Below, piece by piece: positions 53,765 through 64,000 of a stretch of 64,000 bases of DNA; the stretch's first letter is position 1; every line of letters starts with the position of its first letter. Made by a program: the position numbers and the translations under genes. A model generated the notes under the pieces. The model saw only the letters and a program-made list of their open reading frames with translations, was not told the DNA's origin and ran no database searches. The stretch lies in assembly GCF_009914755.1 (NCBI RefSeq), contig NC_060937.1, one strand, 5' to 3'. The DNA is from the human T2T-CHM13v2.0 reference genome, Homo sapiens.

Positions 53765-56084
53765 CTAGATTGAGATCTACTGATGACAGGCCATCTTTAT
53801 TGCCCTTGTGACCACGGCTGGCATCACCAAACCATTGAACACTTCTTTCTCTAGGTGCAGCTCTACTAAATGCCATGTGAAATTAGTTAATCCAGTCCTA
53901 TTTCCTGGGTCCCTATTATGCACTACAGCAAAGCTTTAGCAGAAATAATGGAGAGAAAGCATGATATTCAAATGTAGGAAATAGTAGAAACTTTACAATT
54001 TTAGGATCTGCTTCTGCATTTGTGGGAGCCCTACCATAGGACTCAGAAGCTATGATGAGGTTGAGAAGCCTAACGTCCCCACAGCTGTCATCCAGTAATT
54101 ATGTATCACAAATTATGTTTATTTAAATGGCTTCACTTTGAGTACTAAATGTCAGTAATTCTGAAATATCACAGCATCATAGAAGATGTGAAATATCAGT
54201 ACTGACTCATGTGTCTTCATTTTTCCCACCTTAATTTAATTTAAGGTCAGTTTTCTAAGACAAATCCCTGGTAGCTTGTTGACTTTCCAGCGCATTTTGA
54301 CATGAGCTTGCTCTTTGAAGCTTAGATCCTCTTAATTTCCAGCTCAGAAAGTGATTGCTTCAATAGGTGATATAGGTCCTTCACTTTTTTTTTTTTTTAA
54401 ACCACTCTTCAAATACAGTTTTAGAAAAAAGCCAGTATAGGCTTTTTTGGTATAAGCTAAAGCAACAAGTCTGTCCCAAGAAAGTTCAAATAGAGGCCAG
54501 CATCTATAGACACAATATAAAAATTAACTTAAAAGCAAAACAGTTTAGACTTTCCACTCCTGATACATAGTACTTTTATTTTAGCCAAGAGGAGGACTAT
54601 GAAATCTTTTGAAAGAGGTCAAAGTTATGTTCTATTCTCTAGCTTAAAAAAAAAAAAAAAATTCCCCACCTGGAGGGCATTTTCAACACAATGTGAACAG
54701 TTTTCAGCAAACACATTCTTAAAGATTCTTACAACTCTGGTTTAAATGTACAGTGAGTGGATACATATGTTAATGACGCATGTTTACTGCCGAAGCTGAT
54801 GCTGAAATAAAACCACTGGCTACTCTTCCATATTCATTCCATCCTCTGTGGTTGGTACAGCCAACCTGTGGCTTTTCTTTTCAGTTTTTGTATTTTCTCG
54901 TTCTCTCACCCTCGGTTCCTCCACCCACGGAGACAATTTATACGAACTCTGTATTGTTCTGCTCCTCCCGCTCTGCCACCTGGAATGTGTTCCCGGCTCC
55001 GGATCAGGCCCCACGCTGTCTTCTGTAAAACACTTCCTTTTCTGCGATCCATTCCCTCAGTGCCTGCTTTATCACATTTTGTTAGCTGATGCTCCAAGAT
55101 GAACTGCGTATAGCGATTCAGTCACTGAAAGAGACAGATGACGACACTACCCATAGAGTCGACCGGACGCAGGTTAATAAGGAAACCCTTTGTGAGGTGG
55201 AGGCAGGGTTAAGAGAATCCATGAAAGGGAATGAAGTCTCCCCGAGCTGGCGACGGTAGGAAGCTGTTTCCACCCCCAGGCCGAGATGCAAGGGTTTGGA
55301 ACCATATTTCTGGAACCTAGAGAAAGATTGGAGCCCTGAGGAAAGGGACTCTCAATAGAAATGATAATTCAGCCACTGTGAGAATTAAAACCATGGAAGA
55401 CCCATGATTTTAGGTTGACCTCACAAGAGGGCAGAGGACGAGGGAGTCTGGGTAACTTAGAACCCGTTCTTCATGTTTTAGTGGCCAGTCTCCTGACCCT
55501 ATAGGCACAGGGCAGAGGAGAAGAGGGTGAGTAATGATTTTGGCAGCGGTGGGGTAAATGGAAAGTAAGCAGGACACACCAAATGGGGGACTCCTGGGAA
55601 CAAGACATTTTAACCTAAAATACTTGGTTTCCCCAAACGTTCCGTGCCTGGAGTTTCAGGCATGAAAAGGACTGCTCGCTTTCAGACAACACTAGTAGGA
55701 GCAGGCTGAAAAAGTCCCAAAGTTTGCATAATGCACTGTGGGATGTGAACAAATCTAAATGTGGTAACCAAATTGTTGAATTGTTCAATTCATATGGTAA
55801 TCTGAATTCCCACTGGAAATCCCGGAAAGATAAAATAGCTCACAGCTGATACTAAGATTTGACCGACATGAATTGTAAGAAGCAGCACCTTGTTCCTGAA
55901 GATAGGTAAGGGAGATTGCATAATATATTTTTAAGAGCAATATAATCTTACTTTAGGAATCACATAAACACAAGCTCCGAAGTGGTTGCCTTTCTGCTTC
56001 TTAAAATCAAATTCTCCTAATTGCCATGTTTCAAGCTGAGCTGAGGAAGACAACACCAGACAGTCAAGTTTCTCTTCCATGACT

Positions 56085-57420
56085 TTTTAATTTTTAAATT
56101 TTGAAATTATCTTTTCTTATAGAAAAGTCACAAATAGAGTACAAAGAATATTTTCGTCCCTGAACTGTTCAAGAATATGTTGTTAACATGATGCCCCATT
56201 ACTACTCATATTTTAGTATACATTTCTTATAAACAAAGACATTCTTATATATAACCACATTGCAAACATCAGGAAAATCACATTCTTGCTGAACTACCGT
56301 CCAACCCTCAGAGCCCATCCAAATTCCTTCCAATTGTTAGAAAAATATCCTTTATAGCCAAATGTTTCAGTTCTGAATCACACATTGCATTTAGTTGTCA
56401 TGAGCCTTTTGCTCACTGAATCTGGAAATGTTCCCCAATTTATCTTTTACTTTCATGATTTTGAAGGTTTTAAATATTACAGTCCATTCATTTTGTAGAA
56501 TACCCCTCAATTTGGATTTGTCAGGGTTCCTCATGAATGAATTCAGGTTATATAATTGGCTGGAATGTCTCAGAAGCCACACTGTCTTCTTCATATCACA
56601 TCTTACCTGATGGAACAAAACTTTAAATTGTCCCATTATTGATTAAATTAACTTTGATCATTTGATTAAGGTGGAGTCTGTCTGGCATCTCCACTTTAAA
56701 AAGTCTTTTTCCCCCCTTCGTAATTGATAATTATTTAGGTATATGGAGTACTTTGAGATCATACAAAAATCTTACTCCTCATCAAACGGTGAACATATTC
56801 ATGAGCATAAGCATATACTATCAGTATGCACTCATACGTTCCTATTTTATTCAGTGCATTACAATCGACTATTATCATTATTTATTTTAATGCCTAAGCT
56901 GCCCCATATTTGGCCAGTGGGAGCCTTTTAAAGATGATTTCTGTGTCCTTTTGACATGTTCCCATGATTTTTAAAGAGCTTTTCAAAATTTTCTTGCACA
57001 AGATGTTTGGAGCTCATTGTGTACATCTCTGCTCCAGTCTTAGACTCAACCATTTCTTCCAGAAGCCCTAGCTCCTTGTAGTGGAGAATAGAATTAAAAG
57101 CCAAGGTCCCAGGCACAAGACGTGCTTATTGTTTTTGTGGTGCTGCTAATCTCAGGCCCTCTTAGTGGACACAGCTAAAGACTCCATCGACAAGTAACTA
57201 AATTAAGGGTTATATGAGGTGGTTTTCTCACTGCTGGGAGAAGGGAATTATACATGTATACACACTTTTATGTCTAAATAATTCCCATATCTATTTGTAT
57301 GTATTGAAAACCATGAGTTCACACTGATACCTTATTTCCAATCCAACTGCACAGGATTCTCTTCTAGCTTTCTCTCTTTTCATATTCTTATGCCCTTCCA
57401 ATGGTGAGAAACCTGCCTCG
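56085..57420 (-). mobile_element. old L1MC (MC4/5-like) 3' region
   Basis: aaacaaagacattctt...cacattgcatttagttgtcatg...accatttcttccagaagccct...gaaaaccatgagttcacactgatac; may extend to ~57760. Confidence 0.7.
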
Positions 57421-58797
57421 TAAAACCCGGAAATTATTCGTTTGTATGATCAAGTCCTCTTTTCGCAGGCCATCTTCAATTGCTACTGCTGTTTGTTCCC
57501 CACACAGGCTGTGACACCCCAGATGCACCAACCCCCATGTGGACACCCACCTCACCTTGCCTGAGCTGCAGCACTCACCCTGGGCTGGGTTCTCTCCTCA
57601 TGGAAATACTGTCCTGGCTCCACACAGGCTCCAGCTGCCTGCACTGGGCTGCCTTCTGTCCAGACACCCTTCTTGCCACCTCTGGTTCCCAACTCCCCAA
57701 TGGGCTGTTACCTTCACCCCCATTGAGAGGGTGCCCCCCTCATGCTAATGGCCCTTGCTGGCTTTTTATAAGACTTTTGCTCTATTCTCTGGGAACTCAG
57801 AATACATAAAAAGTAAATGTTAAGCTAAATATTACCATAAAATATTCAGGGCAGTAAAGGCTTGGTACATTGGACCATGGCATGCAAATTCTTCAAGAGC
57901 TCTTGCTTTCTAACAGATGATATCATATCAAAAATAATTCCCTATCACTGGGAACCAAAAAGATATATCACAAAAATCTGCAGTTTAATGATGGTGGTAG
58001 AGGCCATTTGTTCTACATCTTTCAATGTGCATCTGAGCATTTTAAAATATGGATTTCTATTCTTTAGTTTTCCATTTGCAGTTTAGGAAGACTGTTACCA
58101 GGTGGTGGAGATAACCTAGTCACGTGGAAATCTCTGCTGGCTTATGTATAAAAATCAAACTTTTTTGAAATGTAAATATTTTAAAGTAAACTTTACACTC
58201 AAAAGATTTTTTAAAGTACAATTTTACTGTCAACAAAATTATTTTTCAGTTTTTGAAGCATTTTTTTTCATAATCAAATTGCATGCACTCACTATACTCA
58301 CCCACATATTTAACTTTGTGTTAAATGCCGCATGGAATAATACGTCCTAAAATCTCTGTACTTCAGAAATTCTTCCAACCAAATTCTCTGCTTGTGACCA
58401 CAGGATTCTTTGTTTCTAACCTAGTCAAGTACCACTTAAACAACATTGCTAGGAAAATGTAAAAGGTAGTATTTTTGATTTTGTTTCTTCACTCAATATC
58501 CTAAAATTTCTTGCTTCTAAGAATAAAATGTGCAGGGAAAATTGTCTAGCCCCAGTCAGAGGGCAGTTTTCAGTGTTGTCTGTTTAGGAGGAAGAGGGAG
58601 GTTCTCACTCCACTTACCATTTTGGTCTCCAACTGGAATTTAACAATGTTTCATGAGCATGTTTCCTCGTCACCATAATCCTTGGGAGGAAAAGGCCTGT
58701 TTTTTAAAAGAGAAAATTAAATGGTTTCATTCCAAATGTGGTTATAATGTTCTTTATTTTGTGGCCAATACATCTAATCAAAAGTTCATCTCCACTG

Positions 58798-61700
58798 GTA
58801 TCACTGATGGGCATTTGGGTTGGTTCCAAGTCTTTGCTGTTGTGAATAGTGCTACAATAAACACACATGTACATGTGTCTTTATAGTAGAATGATTTATA
58901 ATCCTTTGGGTATATACGTAGTAATGGGATTGCTGGGTCAAATGGTATTTCTGGTTCTAGATCCTTGAGGAATTGCCACACTGTCTTCCACAATGGTTGA
59001 ACTAATTTACACTCCCACCAACAGTGTAAAAGCATTCGTATTTCTCCACATCCTCTCCAGCATTTGTTGTTTCCTGACTTTTTAATGATCATCATTCTAA
59101 TTGCTGTGAGATGGTATCTCACTGTGGTTTTGATTTGCATTTCTCTAATGACCAGTGATGATGAGCTTTTTTTCATATGTTTGTTGGTCACATAAATGCC
59201 TTCTTTTGAGAAGTGTCTGTTCATATCCTTAGCCCACTTTTTGATGGGGTTGTTTGTTTTTTTCTTGTAAATTTGTTTAAGTTCTTTGTAGATTCTGGAT
59301 ATTAGCCCTTTGTCGGATGGATAGATTTCAAAACGTTTCTCCCATTCTGTAAGTTGCCTATTCAGTCTGATAATAGTTTCTTTTGCTGTGCAGAAGCTCT
59401 TTAGTTTAATTAGATCCCATTTGTCAATTTTGGCTTTTGTTGCCATTGCTTTTTGTGTTTTAGTTATGAAGTCTTTGCCCATGCCTATGTCCTGAATGGT
59501 ATTGCCTAGGTTTTCTTCTAGAGTTTTTATGGTTTTAGGTCTTATGTTTAAGTCTTTAATCCATCTGGAGTTAATTTTTGTATAAGGTGAAAGGAAGGGG
59601 TCTAGTTTCAGTTTTCTGCATTTGGCTAGACAGTTTTCTCAACATCATTTATTAAATAGGGAAACTTTTCCCCATTGCTTGCTTTTGTCAGGTTTGTCAA
59701 AGATCAGATGGTTGTAGATGTGTGGTGTTATTTCTGAGGCCTCTGTTATGTTCCATTGGTCTCTATATATGTTTTGGTGCCAGAACCATGCTGTTTTGGT
59801 TACTGTAGCCTTATAGTATAGTTTGAAGTCAGGTAGCATGATGCCCCCAGCTTTGTTCTTTTTGCTTAGGATTGTCTTGGCAATGCAGGCTCTTTTTCGG
59901 TTCCATATGAAATTTAAAGTTTTTTTCTAATTCTGTGAAGAAAGTCAATGGTAGCTTGATGGGGATAACATTGAATCTATAAATTACTTTGGACAGTATG
60001 GCCATTTTCACAATATTGATTCTGCCTATCCATGAGCATGGAATGTTTTTCCATTTGTTTATGTCCTCTCTTATGTCCTTGAGCAGTGGTTTGTAGTTCT
60101 CCTTGAAGAGGTCCTTCACATCCCTTGTAAGTTATATTCCTAGGTATTTTATTATCTTTGTAGCAATTGCGAATGGGAGTTCACTCATGATTTGGCTCTC
60201 TGTCTATTATTGATGTATAGGAATGCTTGTGATTTTTGCACATTGATTTTGTATGCTGAGACTTTGCTGAAGTTGCTTATCAGCTTAAGGAGATTTTGGG
60301 CTGAGATGATGGGGTTTTCTAAATATACAATCATGTCATCTGCAAACAGAGACAATTTGACTTCCTCTCTTCCTATTTGAATAGCCTTTCTTTCTTTCTG
60401 TTGCCTGATTGCCCTGGCCAGAAATTCCAATACTATATTGAATAGGAGTGGTGAGAGAGGGGATCCTTGTCTTGTGCTGGTTTTCAAAGGGAATGCTTCC
60501 AGCTTTTGCCCATTAAGTACGATATTGGCTGTGGGTTTGTCATAAATAGCTCTTATTATTTTCAGATACATTCCATCAATACCTAGTTTATTGAGAGTTT
60601 TTAGCATGAAGGGGTGTTGAATTTTATCAAAGGCCTTTTCTGCATCTATTGAGATAAGCATGTGTTTTTTGTCATTGGTTCTGTTTATGTGATGGATTAT
60701 GTTTATTGATTTGCATATGTTGAACCAGCCTTGCATCCCAGGGATGAAGCCAACTTGATCGTGGTGGATAAGCTTTTTGATGTGCCACTGGATTTGGTTT
60801 GTCAGTATTTTATTGAGGATTTTCACATCGATGTTCATCAAGGATATTGGCCTGAATTTTTTTTGTTGTTGTGTCTCTGCCAGATTTTGTTATCAGGTGA
60901 TGCTGGCCTCATAAAATGAGTTAGGTAGAAGTCCCTCTTTTTCTATTGTTTGGAATAGTTTCAGAAAGAATGGTACCAGCTCCTCTTTGTACCTCTGGTA
61001 GAATTTGGCTGTGAATCCGTCTGGTCCTGGGTTTCCTTTGGTTGGTAGGCTATTAATTACTGCCTCAATTTCAGAACTCTTATTGGTCTATTCAGGGATT
61101 CGACTGCTTTCTGGTTTAGTCTTAGGAAGGTGTATGTGTCCAGGCATTTATTTATTTTTCTAGATTTTCTAGTTTATTTGCATAGAGGTGTTTATAGTAT
61201 TCTCTGATGGTAGTTTATATTTCTGTGGAATAAGTAGTGATCTCCCCTTTATCATTTTTTATTGTGTCTATTTGATTCTTCTCTATTTTCTTCTTTATTA
61301 GTCTGGCTAGCTGTCTATCTATTTTGTTAATCTTTTCAAAAAACCAGCTCCTGGATTCATTGATTTTTTGAAGGGTTTTTAATGTCTCTGTCTCCTTCAG
61401 TTCTGCTCTGATCTTAGTTATTTCTTGTCTTCTTCTAGCGTTTAAATTTGTTTGCTCTTGCTTCTCTAGTTCTTTTACCTGTGATGTTAGGGTGTTGATT
61501 TTAGATCTTTTCTGCTTTCTCCTGTGGGCATATACTGCTATAAATTTCCCTCTAAACACTGCTTTAGCTGTATCCTAGAGATTCTGGTACGTTGTGTCTT
61601 TGTTCTCATTGGTTTCAAAGAACTTATTTATTTCTGCCTTCATTTTGTTATCAACCTAGTAGTCATTCAGGAGCCGGTTGTTCAGTTTCCATGTAGTTGT

Positions 61701-62255
61701 GTGGTTTTGAGTGAGTGTCTTAATCCTGAGTTCCAATTTGATTGCACTGTGTTCTGAGAAACTGTTTGTTATGATTTCCATTATTTCGCATTTGCTGAGG
61801 AGTGTTTTACTTTCATTTATGTGGTCAATTTTAGAATAATTGTAATGTGGTGCTGAGAAGAATGTATATTCTGTTGATTTGGAGTGGAGAGTTCTGTGGA
61901 TGTCTATTCAGTCCACTTGGTCCGGAGCTGAGTTCAAGTCCTGAATATCCTTGTCAATTTTCTGTCTCGTTGATCTGTCTAATATTGACAGTGGGGTGTT
62001 AAAGTCTCCCACTATTATTGTGTGAGAATCTAAGTCTCTTTGTAGGTGTCTGAGAACTTGCTTTATGAAACTGGATGCTCCGATATTAATTGCGTATATA
62101 TTTAGGATAGTTAGCTCTTCTTGTTGCATTGATCCCTTTACCATTATGTAATGTCCTTCTTTGTCTCTTTTGAACTTTGTTGGTTTAAAGTCTGTTTTAT
62201 CAGAGATGAGGATTTTATCCCCCGCTTTTTTTTTTTTTTTGCTTTGCATTGCTTG
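58798..62255 (-). pseudogene. disrupted L1 ORF2 (endonuclease/reverse transcriptase)
   Basis: fragments ...IVGDFNTPLS (EN), [15 protein letters not shown]...[13 protein letters not shown]...LFADDMIVY (RT), [13 protein letters not shown]; multiple stops and frameshifts. Confidence 0.93.
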
Positions 62256-62873
62256 CAAAATACTCCACTGGGTATCACCAGCGGAGGTTGCAGAACAGCA
62301 AAGATTGTTGCCTGTTCCTTCCTCTGGGAAGCTTCATCCCAGAGAGGCATGTGCCAAATGCCAGTCAGAGCTCTCCTGTATGAGTTGTCTGTCGACCCCT
62401 GATGGGAGATGTCTTCCAGGCTGGAGGCACGGGGGTCCAGGACCCACTTGAGAAGGCAGTCTGTCCCTTATCAGAGTTGGAGCACTGTGTTGGGAGATCT
62501 GCTGCTCTCTTCAGAGCCAGCAGGCAGGAAAATTTAAGTCTGCTGAAGCTGCGCCCACAGCCATCCCTTGCCTCAGGTGCTCTGTCCCAGGGAGATGGGA
62601 GTTTTATCTATAAACCCCTGACTGGGGCTGCTGCCTTTCTTTCAGAGATGCCCTGCCCAGAGAGGAGGAATCTAGAGAGAAAGTCTGGCTACGATGGCTT
62701 TGTAGTGCTGTGGTGGGCTCTGCCCAGTCTGAACTTCCCAGCACCTTTGTTTACTCTGTCAGGGGAAAACTGCCTACTCAAGCCTCAGTAATGGTGAAAG
62801 CCCCTTCCCCCTCCAAGCTCAAGTGTCCCAGATCAACTGCAGACTGCTGTGCTGGCACAAGAATTTCAAGCCA

Positions 62874-63172
<299 letters not shown>

Positions 63173-64000
63173 AGAATTTCAAGCCAGTGGATCTTAGCTT
63201 GCTGGGCTCCATAGGGGATGGAATCTGCTGAGCTAGACCACTTGGCTCCCTGGCTTCAGCCCCTTTTCCAGGGGAGTGAACGGTTGTGTCTTGCTGGCAT
63301 TCCAGCGGCCCCTGGGGTATGAAAAAAAACTCTTGCAGCTAGCTCAGTGTCTGCCCAAGCGGCCACCTAGTTTTGTGCTTGAAACCCAGGGCCCTGGTGG
63401 TATACGCACCCAAAGGAATCTCCTGGTCTGCAGGCTGCGAAAACCACAGGAAAAGTGTAGTATCTGGGCTGGAATGCATTATTCCTTACAGCACAGTTTC
63501 TCACAGCTTCCCTTGGCTAGGGGAGGGAGTTTCCCGACTCCTTGTGCTTCCCAGATGTGGTGACGCCCCACCCTGCTTTGGCTTGCCCTCCATGGGCTGC
63601 ACTCACTGTCTAACCAGTCCCTATGAGATGAGCTGGGTACCTCATTGGAAAGGTAGAAATCACTCGCCTTTTGCATTGATCTCACTGGGAGCTGCAGACC
63701 AGAGCTGTTCCTATGTGGCCATCTTGCTATTGCTCTAAAGTGGATTTTATAAACGGGTATCACACAATCTAGCTTTCACAGATGACAAAGGCCTTGGAGG
63801 AAGTTAATGTTTTGCTATTATTAACTTATCAAGCAACCACAGTCTCAAGGCATTCTTTCAGGCAATAAACCATATTCCTTTTGTTGTTGGCTCACTCTTT
63901 ATTTTTATGGCCCATTAACCAGTGCTGAATTAAAATCAAATTTGTACAAATGATATAATACCCATATAAATAGTCTTGCAAACTAGTTAGTCATCTGAAT

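Overview
Primate (human-like) genomic DNA, AT-rich and intronic or intergenic. I find no convincing host protein-coding exon, RNA gene or CRISPR array. The longer ORFs in the track are explained by Alu, L1, LTR or simple repeats. Interspersed repeats make up a large part of the window: Alus (J, S and Y classes, including a young AluY with a 12-bp deletion), L1PA/L1M fragments, a near-full-length L1PA7-like copy lacking ORF1, L2/MIR/L3 relics, solo LTRs (THE1, MLT2A, MLT2, MER57-like, MER83/84-like) and hAT elements (MER1A, MER20, and a decayed Blackjack-like transposase). The most striking structure is a 207-bp, 100%-identical inverted duplication (44049-44255 = reverse complement of 45906-46112). 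It is inserted into an ERV1 solo LTR just after its TATA-like box and ends in an iterative templated junction scar, suggesting a recent template-switch event. I do not see evidence for a wholly new biological system. Repeat subfamily names are from memory of consensus sequences and need RepeatMasker/Dfam confirmation.
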